Assembly (NCBI GenBank): GCA_965199495.1
Contig: CBDASK010000003.1
Location: 4,416,001 to 4,480,000 of the forward strand
Length of the DNA: 64,000 bases
From: Abditibacterium sp.
GTDB lineage: Bacteria > Armatimonadota > Abditibacteriia > Abditibacteriales > Abditibacteriaceae
Reading direction: 5' to 3'
Shown here one piece after another: positions 41,797 to 51,349 of this stretch. The position numbers and the translations under genes are program-made. Within the stretch, counting starts at the first letter, position 1; every line of letters begins with the position of its first letter. The notes under the pieces were generated by a model, which was not told the DNA's origin, did not search any database, and saw nothing but the letters and a program-made list of their open reading frames with translations.

Positions 41797-42795
41797 TCAC
41801 GCGGGCGCAATTTCGTCAATTTGCTTCAACTCTTCCGGCGAAAATTCGAGGTTTTTCAAACAACCAACGCAATCTTCGATCTGCGAAGTTTTGCTGGCGC
41901 CGATCAAAACCGAAGTCATCGCGTTGTGGCGCAAAACCCACGCGAGCGCCATTTGAGCCAACGTCTGTCCACGACTCTGCGCGATGTCATTGAGTCTGCG
42001 CACTTTAGCGAGTTTGTCTTCGGTCAGGCTATCGGTATTCAAAAAAGTTTTTGGCTTGGCGGCGCGCGAATCGGCGGGCACTTCGCCGCCCAAATAACGG
42101 CCCGTCAACATCCCCTGCGCCAAAGGCGAAAACGCGATGCAGCCGATGTTTTCGCTTTCCAACGCGGGCAAAACTTCTTTTTCGAGTCCGCGATTAAAAA
42201 TGCTATAACTCGGCTGATGAATCAGCAACGGCACGCCCATTTCGCGCAAAATTTGCGCGGCGCGTTTGGTCTCATCGGCGCCATAATTGGACACGCCGAC
42301 ATAGAGCGCCTTGCCGGTGGCTACTGTGTGGGCGAGCGCGGCCATCGTCTCTTCGAGCGGCGTTTCGCGGTCGGGCCGGTGATGATAAAAGATGTCCACG
42401 TAATCCACATTCATCCGTTTCAGGCTTTGATCGAGGCTCGCAATCAGATATTTGCGCGAACCGTGATCGCCATAGGGGCCGGGCCACATTGTGTAACCGG
42501 CTTTGGTCGAGATGATGATTTCATCGCGGTAAGGCGCCAAATCCCCCGCCAGCACGCGCCCGAAATTTTCTTCGGCGCTGCCGGGCGGCGGGCCATAGTT
42601 GTTGGCCAAATCGAAGTGAGTCACGCCCAAATCGAAGGCGGTGCGGCAGAGCGCACGGATGTTTTCCATCGCGTCAACGCCGCCGAAGTTGTGCCACAAA
42701 CCGAGCGAAACGGCGGGCAATTTGAGACCGCTTTTTCCAGTGCGGTTGAATTTCATCGAGTCATAGCGCGTGGGAGCGGCGAGATAGGGATTCAT
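41797..42795 (-). CDS. gpr: Aldo/keto reductase, L-glyceraldehyde 3-phosphate reductase-like
   Basis: GKSGLKLPAVSLGLWHNFG, HFDLANNYGPPPGSAE, STKAGY.MWPGPYG, GSRKYLIASLDQSLKRM. Confidence 0.88.
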   Translation of the reverse strand: MNPYLAAPTRYDSMKFNRTGKSGLKLPAVSLGLWHNFGGVDAMENIRALCRTAFDLGVTHFDLANNYGPPPGSAEENFGRVLAGDLAPYRDEIIISTKAGYTMWPGPYGDHGSRKYLIASLDQSLKRMNVDYVDIFYHHRPDRETPLEETMAALAHTVATGKALYVGVSNYGADETKRAAQILREMGVPLLIHQPSYSIFNRGLEKEVLPALESENIGCIAFSPLAQGMLTGRYLGGEVPADSRAAKPKTFLNTDSLTEDKLAKVRRLNDIAQSRGQTLAQMALAWVLRHNAMTSVLIGASKTSQIEDCVGCLKNLEFSPEELKQIDEIAPA

Positions 42796-42850
42796 GGAAG
42801 TTTGAAATGGGTTCGGCGGCATTCGCTTTTCGCGAAATACCGCCGAAAAT

Positions 42851-44263
42851 CTACTTTTTAGCCGCGTCCAAACGCGGCACGCCTTCTTTGTCGGCCAGCG
42901 CCAGAATGCGCGGTTTGACGATGCTGACCAGCAATTTGTAACCGTCGGCGTTGAGATGCAAACCGTCGCCTTGCAGCAACTTGGGCGCGGGGCCGCCATC
43001 GAGCGTCAGCAGTTGCGAGTGCGTGTCGAGAAAACTGAGTTTCAAAGTGGGCGAATCGTTTTCGTGAACCCATTTGTTGATCAAATAATTGGTTTCCAAC
43101 ACATTGCTTTCGTTGTTCCAGCGCTGCACCGTCGGGCTAATCGAAAGAAAAACAAAGCGCACATTAGGCAATTTCGCGTGGACTTTGGCGACGAACTCCT
43201 GATAATCTTTCAAGACTTGCTGCGGGCTGCGGTTGCCATAAGCCAAGTCGTTGGTGCCCGCGAACATCACGATCATCTTGGGCGCGTAGGGAAAGGTGAT
43301 GTAATCGGTGTAATAGGTGCTCTCGAAGATTTGCGAGCCGCCGAAACCGCGATTGATGACGGGAATTTCGGGGAAATCCTGCTGTAACGAAGTCCAGATT
43401 CGCACGCTCGAACTGCCCATAAACAAGACCGCGTTTTTGGGCGGCAACTGCTTTTTGTCGGCTTCCCAAAACGCGTTGATTTCCTGCGCGCCGCCGCCAT
43501 CTGCGGCTTTGGTCGGTAGCGGATAAGCGGGCGTTGGCGCGCTTGGATCGGAAAGCGCGCTCAGGCTTTCGCCGTTGAACGCGACGGCCAAAACCGGCGC
43601 CTGAAACTTCGAGGTTTCTTTGGGCGCGAAAATGTGCGTTACATCGTCGGTTTTGCTGGTGCCCGCCTCGCGGCGCGTGATGATAAACGTCACCAAACCG
43701 TCGCTATCGCCCTGCAAAAAGTGGAGCATCGCGGGCGAAGAAAACGCGACTTTCTGCCCATTGGTGCCCGTGCCCGTAATGGTGAATTGGCCCAGAGATT
43801 TGACTTTTTTGGTGGTCAAACCGACGGGCGATTTCGGATCGCTGACGGGCGCATCGTTCCACGTCACGGTGTTTTCGCCCCAAGTTTCTTCGGGCAAGCC
43901 GTCATTCAAACCGAAAACGTCGAACGTCCAAATTTTGTCGGGCGGCGAGTTGCCTTCGGCGGGCAACATTTGCAGCGTCACGCTCGCATCGGTCGCGCTT
44001 TTGATGGGCGTCGCCAACTTCGATAGATCGAAGCGCAAATACAACTTGCGCGCGTCCTGAATGTCGGCATCGCCCGCGTTGCGAACGCGCAACAGATTAT
44101 TGCCGTGATTGCCCGTCGCGAACGCGCCACCGCGAATGCTCATATCGGCGCCGCGCCCTTCGTAAGTGCCGATAGTCGTCGGCGTGGCTTGTGCCACCGC
44201 CAGTGCCGCGCATAGTGCGAAGGCGCCAAACAGCGTTGTTTTGAATGGATGTGTTGTGTTCAT
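42851..44263 (-). CDS. Secreted protein: N-terminal DNRLRE/CBM96-like domain plus SGNH/GDSL hydrolase
   Basis: YLRFDLS, W.E..VTWNDAP; FMGSSS, NRGFGGS, GTND, DGLH. Confidence 0.75.
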   Translation of the reverse strand: MNTTHPFKTTLFGAFALCAALAVAQATPTTIGTYEGRGADMSIRGGAFATGNHGNNLLRVRNAGDADIQDARKLYLRFDLSKLATPIKSATDASVTLQMLPAEGNSPPDKIWTFDVFGLNDGLPEETWGENTVTWNDAPVSDPKSPVGLTTKKVKSLGQFTITGTGTNGQKVAFSSPAMLHFLQGDSDGLVTFIITRREAGTSKTDDVTHIFAPKETSKFQAPVLAVAFNGESLSALSDPSAPTPAYPLPTKAADGGGAQEINAFWEADKKQLPPKNAVLFMGSSSVRIWTSLQQDFPEIPVINRGFGGSQIFESTYYTDYITFPYAPKMIVMFAGTNDLAYGNRSPQQVLKDYQEFVAKVHAKLPNVRFVFLSISPTVQRWNNESNVLETNYLINKWVHENDSPTLKLSFLDTHSQLLTLDGGPAPKLLQGDGLHLNADGYKLLVSIVKPRILALADKEGVPRLDAAKK

Positions 44264-44464
44264 AAGTTGAAAAAACTCAACTTGAGACGCTTACAAAAGC
44301 AAATAGATTCGGCAAACGTCGGTTTTGGATTCACAACGAGGAGTTCCGCAACGCCCTTGAACCGCGCGCGAGCAATTCGGCCCATTCCGTGGTTGAGGTG
44401 TTCGAGGGTTTGATTCACACAACCGTAACGCGTTTTCTGCTTGCAAAAACATCTTCCACAACAA

Positions 44465-44496
44465 ACCAACGACACCCCTTCAGGAGTGCCGTTGGT
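44465..44496 (-). terminator. Hairpin downstream of pilin-like gene
   Basis: accaacgacacccct-tc-aggagtgccgttggt, T-rich tail on the minus strand. Confidence 0.55.
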
Positions 44497-44516
44497 AGAG
44501 TCACTGACTTTCAAAT

Positions 44517-45305
44517 TTAGTGGCGTTCGATCACTTGCTGCCAAGCGTTCGCGCGAGTCGTCAGGTAGGCATTCGCTGGATTGTTGTCAATCATCCACAT
44601 ATTGACGGGCGTGACAGTTTGGGGAATCTTCATCGCTTTGACGTGCCCGTCGGCGAACAGGAAGTTGCTGTTGCCCAGGTGACCCCTAAAGTAAAGCCCG
44701 TCAGCATTGGGCTTATCCGCATTTCCATCGCCCCAGTTGATCCAAGTATCAAGCCACTCATATTCGCCCACAAAAACGGTTTGTGCCGGATTGTTGACAG
44801 CGGCTAAACGCGCGCCTCCATAGGCTCCATCGTTGTTAAGCACGTTTGAGATCGGAGATCCCGGAATGTTTCCATATCCATCAGAGCCGTTGATGGCATA
44901 AGAACAGGTGAATACAGGCGAACCTGCGGGCAAGACAGCCATTCGGCTGGCGCCACTATCGTCTGAGGGGCGAGCGTTGTAAATATTGGAAGGGCAAGAA
45001 AATAACTGCGCGCTCTTCGTATAAGGGAAGGTAACGCGACGCCAAGAGTAGGCATTGTTAAGGTTAGTATCGCTATTGCCATTCCACCGAGAGGCAGGAT
45101 ACCTCTCGTCGTAATCCTGTGCGTATTGCATAACGCCCAGACCGATCTGCTTGAGGTTGCTCTGGCAACTCGCGCGGCGCGCGTTTTCGCGGGCACGCGC
45201 AAAAACAGGGAACAGAATCGCCGCCAGAATGGCGATGATGGCGATCACAACGAGCAACTCGATAAGGGTGAACGCGGAATTTTTCTTAATGGATTTGTAG
45301 TTCAT
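44517..45305 (-). CDS. Prepilin-type DUF1559 / H-X9-DG protein
   Basis: [18 protein letters not shown]...; [15 protein letters not shown]. Confidence 0.92.
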   Translation of the reverse strand: MNYKSIKKNSAFTLIELLVVIAIIAILAAILFPVFARARENARRASCQSNLKQIGLGVMQYAQDYDERYPASRWNGNSDTNLNNAYSWRRVTFPYTKSAQLFSCPSNIYNARPSDDSGASRMAVLPAGSPVFTCSYAINGSDGYGNIPGSPISNVLNNDGAYGGARLAAVNNPAQTVFVGEYEWLDTWINWGDGNADKPNADGLYFRGHLGNSNFLFADGHVKAMKIPQTVTPVNMWMIDNNPANAYLTTRANAWQQVIERH

Positions 45306-45377
45306 GATGGATGCTTGCCCCAAGCACGGGTTGAGAAAATTTTGAAGCATGAGCAGATTTGATTTTGCTTCAATTCG

Positions 45378-45431
45378 ATGCCCCGACGCCGGGGCATATT
45401 CTATTATACCCAAATTCAAATGTTTTCAAAC
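45378..45431 (-). promoter_or_regulatory. Promoter GTTTGA-N17-TATAAT plus TGCCCC-N6-GGGGCA palindrome
   Basis: Promoter at 45403-45431; palindrome at 45378-45397. Confidence 0.72.
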
Positions 45432-45525
45432 ATCAAATGTAAAATATTTTTTTCGTTGATTTTGTTAGGGGTTACGCAATGGGTGAATTGCTCACTACTT
45501 TTCTCCCATTTGCAAAAGGGCTTCG

Positions 45526-46569
45526 ATGCCTCAAACTAACAAAAGAATGAATGAAATCGAAGTGCAATCTAAACCAGTGACTTTAGAACAGGTCGCTCAG
45601 AAAGCGGGTGTGGCCAGTCGCACGGTTTCGGATGCGCTCAAAGGTCAGGGGCGCGTGGCTGCTGCGACGCGCGAGAACGTGCGACGCATTGCGCGCGAAA
45701 TGAACTATGTGCCCAACGCGGCGGCGCGCGCCTTAGCCACCGGGCGCACCGGCACCATCGCCGTTTTGAGCGGGCCGCTCAACGAATCGTATTACTCGAA
45801 CATGGTGCAGCAGTTGGGCGCTCACCTGACCGCCAATGGCTACGAAATGTTGCTGCTACCAACGCAGCGCTCGGTGCGCGATTTGGTGTCGGCCACGCAG
45901 ACCTCTGCCGTGGACGGCCTGATTTTCGTTGGCGTCAGCCATCTGTTGGAAGAGTTCGTGCATCTCAGCGAGCGACATCTGCGACCGTGCGTTTTAATTG
46001 ACATCGCCAATCCCAATTACGTGGATCATATCACGTTGGATTTGCGCCCGGCCACCGAAGCAGTTTTGCGATTGATGTTAAATGCCGGACGCAAACGTAT
46101 CGTTTACATCCTTAATAACCGCGACGAAAACTCTCATATTGAAGTTCGCATGGCAACTTATCTGAACGCAATGGAGAAAAATGGGAGAGTTCCAGAAATC
46201 ATTAATGTGGATACTCATGTGAACTCTACGCAACAGATTTCGGCCATTAAACACTATTTTTTATCCAATGGTTGTCCCGATGCTTTATTCTGTCAAAACG
46301 ACGAAACCGCGATTTATACTTATCGGGCGCTCATGGAATTAGATCAACGCATTCCCGACGATGTTTTGCTTGTGGGTTGCGACGGTTTGCCCACGATGGA
46401 ATTTTTCGAGCCGCCGCTCAGCACGATTGCGCTCCCCACCGAAGCGGTCTGTGCCACAGCCGTCGAATTTTTGCAGCGACGACTCGAAGATGAGAGCCTC
46501 GCCGTGCAGGGCGCCGTGTTGCCGGGCCAATTAGTCGTGCGAAAATCGTTGGGCGCAAACGCGAGTTAA
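45526..46569 (+). CDS. LacI-family transcriptional regulator
   Basis: VTLEQVAQKAGVASRTVS, YVPNAAARAL, CQNDETA, PPLSTI. Confidence 0.92.
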   Translation: MPQTNKRMNEIEVQSKPVTLEQVAQKAGVASRTVSDALKGQGRVAAATRENVRRIAREMNYVPNAAARALATGRTGTIAVLSGPLNESYYSNMVQQLGAHLTANGYEMLLLPTQRSVRDLVSATQTSAVDGLIFVGVSHLLEEFVHLSERHLRPCVLIDIANPNYVDHITLDLRPATEAVLRLMLNAGRKRIVYILNNRDENSHIEVRMATYLNAMEKNGRVPEIINVDTHVNSTQQISAIKHYFLSNGCPDALFCQNDETAIYTYRALMELDQRIPDDVLLVGCDGLPTMEFFEPPLSTIALPTEAVCATAVEFLQRRLEDESLAVQGAVLPGQLVVRKSLGANAS

Positions 46570-46596
46570 ACGCGACGATTTGCCGGTTATAGAACA

Positions 46597-46634
46597 AAAA
46601 ATCCCGCCGCTCCAGAAAGGAACGGCGGGATTTT
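46597..46634. terminator. Bidirectional terminator between convergent genes
   Basis: aaaatcccgccg...cggcgggatttt. Confidence 0.8.
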
Positions 46635-46640
46635 CGTCAA

Positions 46641-49268
46641 TTAAACCGCTTTGACTTCGATGCCCGAAAAGGCCGCGCGCGTTTTGCCCGCGTCGCTGCC
46701 CCATTGCCGCACGCCAATCGAGCCAAGCGCAAACGTCGCATCGTTGGCTTCGAGAATGGGCGCCGCGCCGTCGCCGACCCAAACGCGAATTTGAGCGCCT
46801 CTGGCTTCGACGCGCATCGGAACCATTTTGTCGGCCTCGAAATCCATTTTCGCGCTGGCGAGTTGTTGCCAGTTGTTATTGGCGCGCCCCAGTTGAATCT
46901 CGTTATTTTCCGCGCTAATGCCGACGTAATATCCATGATAAGCATCAGCGCCAATCGCCGGTTCGCTCACGCGAAAGAGCAGACCAGCGTTGCCTTTGTC
47001 GCCGACCGAAACGTTGGCGCGATAGATGAAATCGGCGAACTGAGTTTCGGGCGCCACGCACTTCACGCCCGGCGCGCCGCCGGTATTGGGCGCCGCGTGC
47101 AAAACCGCATCGCGCACATACCAGCCACCGCCATGCGCCACAAACGCATCGTGATGACCGTCTTTAAAATCGTCACGAAATGTCGTCACGCGCGGGCGCG
47201 GCGTCCCCAAAACCGGAAAGTTAGTCACGCGCAGCATCTGCGAACCAAACGGCACGAGCGTCACGGTTTCGGTTGGCTCAGTCGAAATTACTGGGCTGAT
47301 CGGCGGGTCGAGCGCCACGACTTCATTGGGCGCCAGCGTCCATTGCGGCAAGCGCCGCGCGCGCGCCGTCATTTTCACCGGCACCGATTTCGGATCGAAC
47401 GGATTGCCGTTCATCTTCTGGCCCACAAAATTGAAATTGGCGGGCGCGGCATCCAACGCGTAATTCCACGGCGATTGCGGCAAAACGCGATACGATTCAA
47501 AACCTTCCAACTTGCCTTTGTCCATGACTTCCCAGTTTTCGTCAATTTTGAGCGAGTAAATCAGGGCGCCGCGCCGAATCGAAACCGAATCGTTGACGCC
47601 CGGCAACACGCGGGTTTGCATCGGGAAACGCACGCTGACGACATCGCCATTTTTCCATTCGCGGTTCAAAACCGCGAATGTGGCCGCCTTGGGCGCCGGT
47701 TGAGCTTTGCCGTTGACTTTAATTTCGGCGTTGGCGCACCAACCCGGCATGCGCAACTTGAGCGGAAACGTCGCGTTCTGGGGCGTCTGCAAAGTCAGCG
47801 TGACGGTTTCCCCAAACGGATAATTGGTCGTTTGCGTCCATGTGACCTTCGTATTACGCGCGCCCACAGGCGCCGTGGCTGTTGTGGGCGCGTAGGCAAC
47901 GACGGCCAAACCGCCGTCGCCCGTCGCGGCCCACGAGTTTTGCGCGAACTTGGGCCAGCCCATGTGGAAGTTGTAGCAGCAGCACGGATAACCCGAAATC
48001 GGCGAGGGCGTGCGGCCATTGTCGTAATCCTGCGTGAAACCGGCGCCGCCTTTGGGCGCAGTCACGTTGTTGGGCAGCGTATAATAAACGTGCTGGTGAA
48101 TCGAAGTCGAAAGCGCGGCGGGCAAAGCGTTAAAGGCCATCGTTTCCAAGTCGTCGCCCATGCGCGCGTCGCCGGTCACGCGAATCGCGGTTTCGTCCGA
48201 CAACATCCGCTCGACAATCGAGCAAGTCTCGACGCCTTGGGTCGAAGAGCGCCCGGACAATTGCTCCGTCCCCGAATTGATGCCCATCGCCAAACCGTGA
48301 TCGCGGTCTAAATTTTCGATGCCCAGCCAGAAAGCAGCCACGTCGTCCGGGTTCTTGGAACGCTGCGAATAAACGACGGGCATTTTCAGCGCCTGGGGCA
48401 CGTTGACGTTGTGCTTGGGCTGATAATCCTCGCCGAATTCCAGAAAGCGATTGTGGATATAAATATCCGTCCACGGATAGGCTTGCTTGGCCAACTTATC
48501 GGCCAATTCCAGCAAAAACGCGTCGCCAGTGCGATTGTAATTCCAGAAAACCGTGTCAATCTGGTCGCCCGCGCGCGACTTGCCCCAATCTTTGATCGGA
48601 CGCGCGTCAATATGATCGTTCATGTGCCGGTGATATTTAGTCAAAAACGGCACGACGCGCGCATCATTGGTCGCCTCTCCATAATCGCGCACGATGTAAG
48701 TCGCCACCATGCGCGGCCACCAATCGTCGTTGGTTTTTGGCCCGAAAAATCCGTCTTCGCGCTGGCTTTCCAAAATCGCGTCCACCCATTTTTGGGCGCG
48801 CGCTTTCAAGTCGGCGTCGTCGAGCGTGTAAGCCAGGGGCAGCAAACCTTTGACGTAATACGGGCCTTTTTCCCAATCTTCGCCGCCTTCTTGGCCCAGC
48901 CACGCCGACTTCTCGACGGCGGGCAACAGTTCGTGCGCGTGACCAGTCAGGCCGTCGCGTTGCAATTGCAGTTGCGTCAAAAGCCAGCCGCTCGCTTGGA
49001 TGCTGCCCAAGGGGAGGGCGCTCATCGGCGCGTTTTGCAGGGGCGCGCGGTTGGGCACGATGCCCGCCCGGCGCGCCGCCAAAGCTCCGGCGACTTCGGG
49101 TTTGGCCGCGACATCGGCGCCCGGCGCGGCATCAAGGCGCGACAAATTGCAACCGCTCAAGAGCGCGCCCGCCATGCCGAGCGCGCTCATGCCGACGAAC
49201 TGGCGGCGCGACAATGCGTTGCCGGTGCCCTCAACGGGCACGAGGGAGAAAACATTAGTTTTTTTCAT
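46641..49268 (-). CDS. GH127/GH146 beta-L-arabinofuranosidase-like protein, Tat signal, C-terminal DUF1080-like domain
   Basis: SRRQFVG Tat motif; HNVN, GVETC, AFNALP, PCCCYN, TNYPF; ATG at 49268. Confidence 0.82.
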   Translation of the reverse strand: MKKTNVFSLVPVEGTGNALSRRQFVGMSALGMAGALLSGCNLSRLDAAPGADVAAKPEVAGALAARRAGIVPNRAPLQNAPMSALPLGSIQASGWLLTQLQLQRDGLTGHAHELLPAVEKSAWLGQEGGEDWEKGPYYVKGLLPLAYTLDDADLKARAQKWVDAILESQREDGFFGPKTNDDWWPRMVATYIVRDYGEATNDARVVPFLTKYHRHMNDHIDARPIKDWGKSRAGDQIDTVFWNYNRTGDAFLLELADKLAKQAYPWTDIYIHNRFLEFGEDYQPKHNVNVPQALKMPVVYSQRSKNPDDVAAFWLGIENLDRDHGLAMGINSGTEQLSGRSSTQGVETCSIVERMLSDETAIRVTGDARMGDDLETMAFNALPAALSTSIHQHVYYTLPNNVTAPKGGAGFTQDYDNGRTPSPISGYPCCCYNFHMGWPKFAQNSWAATGDGGLAVVAYAPTTATAPVGARNTKVTWTQTTNYPFGETVTLTLQTPQNATFPLKLRMPGWCANAEIKVNGKAQPAPKAATFAVLNREWKNGDVVSVRFPMQTRVLPGVNDSVSIRRGALIYSLKIDENWEVMDKGKLEGFESYRVLPQSPWNYALDAAPANFNFVGQKMNGNPFDPKSVPVKMTARARRLPQWTLAPNEVVALDPPISPVISTEPTETVTLVPFGSQMLRVTNFPVLGTPRPRVTTFRDDFKDGHHDAFVAHGGGWYVRDAVLHAAPNTGGAPGVKCVAPETQFADFIYRANVSVGDKGNAGLLFRVSEPAIGADAYHGYYVGISAENNEIQLGRANNNWQQLASAKMDFEADKMVPMRVEARGAQIRVWVGDGAAPILEANDATFALGSIGVRQWGSDAGKTRAAFSGIEVKAV

Positions 49269-49385
49269 GATGTTTGAAGAGATAGAACAGATAGAATTGA
49301 GTCTTGTAAAATTTTGAGGGAGAAACCGTTGTTTAGTGACGCGCCATTTACTTGCGTGGCTGAGGTTAATTGTGCATTTACCGTC

Positions 49386-49424
49386 AAAAAAGCACGCTAT
49401 GCCGACGAATCGGCATAGCGCGCT
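49386..49424 (-). terminator. Terminator between pilin-like gene and GH127
   Basis: Minus strand agcgcgctatgccga-ttcg-tcggcatagcgtgcttttt. Confidence 0.75.
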
Positions 49425-49534
49425 CGAATCCTTGCCCTTGCTCTTTAACAGGGACAAGGGCGATTTAGTTCCGTCACCTTCACCGATGCGCCTGACCACA
49501 GGAACGATGCGAAATTGTTCGTGCGGCCCGCGAT

Positions 49535-50296
49535 TTATTTATATCGGTCAAGTTCGGTTTGCAAGTTCGTCTTCGCGTTGTTCACGGCAGCGCCGGTGAG
49601 CGGCCCATTATCGCGCGTCCACATATTGATAGTGCCCGCACCGCCGCCGGTCGAATCAATCGTCGCAAAGGGCTTGAGAGCCTTGACGTGGCCGTCCACG
49701 AACAGATAGTTGGCGGTCGCGAGATGGCCGTTGAAGAACGCGCCATTCAAAGAGGAATTCCCGATTTCGGCGCCCCAACCGCCGCTGCGAGTCTCGGCGA
49801 CCGCAATGGTTTGCGACGTGGAATTGAAGCCAGCGATGGCGAAACCATCCGTCTGGTAGCCGTTGAACGCGCCGACTGGCGGATCGGCGGCAACGTCGCT
49901 GTTGCCACCGTTCGAAGCCGTCGAGTTACAACCGTAACTCGTGGGGAAAGAGGCGCCGTAACCGGTTTGCTTGTTGGAATCGGACGGGCAAACGAAAAGT
50001 TGCGTGCTCTTGATGTAGGGCTGCACCACGTCATACCAAATCGTGCATTGGCCGGGGCCGCCGCCGGTGCAACCGTAACCTTTGACCGGCATTTTTTCGT
50101 CGTAATCCTGCGTGTATTGCAGGATGCCCAAACCGATCTGCTTGAGGTTGGACTGGCAAGAAGAGCGCCGCGCGTTTTCGCGCGCCCGTGCGAACACGGG
50201 AAACAGAATCGCCGCCAAAATGGCGATGATAGCAATGACGACGAGCAATTCGATCAACGTAAATGCGGAACGTGAATTTGAAAAATTTTGTTTCAT
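49535..50296 (-). CDS. Prepilin-type DUF1559 / H-X9-DG protein
   Basis: A|FTLIELL...; [15 protein letters not shown]. Confidence 0.92.
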   Translation of the reverse strand: MKQNFSNSRSAFTLIELLVVIAIIAILAAILFPVFARARENARRSSCQSNLKQIGLGILQYTQDYDEKMPVKGYGCTGGGPGQCTIWYDVVQPYIKSTQLFVCPSDSNKQTGYGASFPTSYGCNSTASNGGNSDVAADPPVGAFNGYQTDGFAIAGFNSTSQTIAVAETRSGGWGAEIGNSSLNGAFFNGHLATANYLFVDGHVKALKPFATIDSTGGGAGTINMWTRDNGPLTGAAVNNAKTNLQTELDRYK

Positions 50297-50316
50297 GGTT
50301 GTTTCCTACGCTTATA

Positions 50317-50345
50317 AGTATACCCAGCGAAAATCGCGCTTAAAC
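50317..50345 (-). promoter_or_regulatory. Promoter GTTTAA-N17-TATACT
   Basis: Conserved motif with GGG before the -10 box. Confidence 0.65.
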
Positions 50346-50414
50346 CCAAATTCATGTTCGATATGTTAGAATTTATGTCGTATAAGCCAAATTTCGGAGA
50401 AAAATGAATTAACG

Positions 50415-51266
50415 ATGGAAGATCAACAGAAACTATTTGAAGTTTTGAATTACTTCTTAGAGGAGTGCGATTCGCCCGTTGGGCGGTTGTTATGCGGCGG
50501 GACGGCATGTCACGCGGGCATTCCCGCGCGCGCGATGCGGGTGCTTAACGCGTATGCCATCATCGTGCTGGTCGAGGGGAGGGGGCGATTTTTGGACGCT
50601 AATAATTACAGCGCGCCGGTCGAAGCGGGCGATTGTCTGTTGCTCTTTCCCGACGTGGCTCACTCCTACGGGCCGTTGCCCAGTGGCTATTGGTCTGAAT
50701 GGTTTTTGCATTTCGACGGCCCGGCCTTCGATTTGTGGCGCCAGAAAGGTTTGCTCGATCCGCACGCGCCGGTTATCAAAGGTGGCGCTCACGTCATGCT
50801 GGCCGCTTTGCAAGAAATCGCGGCGCGTCACAGTTCGACTCCGGCGCAGCATTTGGCGCGCGTGTGCGATGTTTTGGGCGTTTTGGGGCGGATGCACGGC
50901 GTCGCCTCGGTTCCCACCGAACGCTCGTGGCTCGAATACGCGCGCCACATTTTGGAAGGCGACATCAACGAGAAAAAGCCGATGGAAGCCGTCGCGCACA
51001 AACTGGGCATGAGTTGTTCAGCTTTTCGCGCCCGCTTTTTCGAGGAAAGCGGCGAAACGCCGGGCCGTTTTCGCGCGCATTGTCGCGTGCGCGCCGCGCA
51101 GAGGCTGTTGGAGCGGCCCGAACTTTCGGTAAAAACCATCGCGGCGTCTCTGGGTTGGAGCGACGAATTCGCCTTTGCCAAAAACTTTAAGGCGCTGTGC
51201 GGACAAACGCCGCGCGAGTTTCGCCGCACCCACAAAGCGTCTCAGGAAAACGGCTCAGTGCAGTAA
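50415..51266 (+). CDS. AraC-family transcriptional regulator
   Basis: AraC-binding domain (LLFPDVAHSYG...W.E.FLHFDG) plus HTH. Confidence 0.9.
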   Translation: MEDQQKLFEVLNYFLEECDSPVGRLLCGGTACHAGIPARAMRVLNAYAIIVLVEGRGRFLDANNYSAPVEAGDCLLLFPDVAHSYGPLPSGYWSEWFLHFDGPAFDLWRQKGLLDPHAPVIKGGAHVMLAALQEIAARHSSTPAQHLARVCDVLGVLGRMHGVASVPTERSWLEYARHILEGDINEKKPMEAVAHKLGMSCSAFRARFFEESGETPGRFRAHCRVRAAQRLLERPELSVKTIAASLGWSDEFAFAKNFKALCGQTPREFRRTHKASQENGSVQ

Positions 51267-51349
51267 GAATCGCCAGATGCTCGCGAAAAATGCAAAAAGT
51301 GCGAGCGAATGGATTCGCTCGCACCTCTCGCACAGAATCGAAAATCGAA

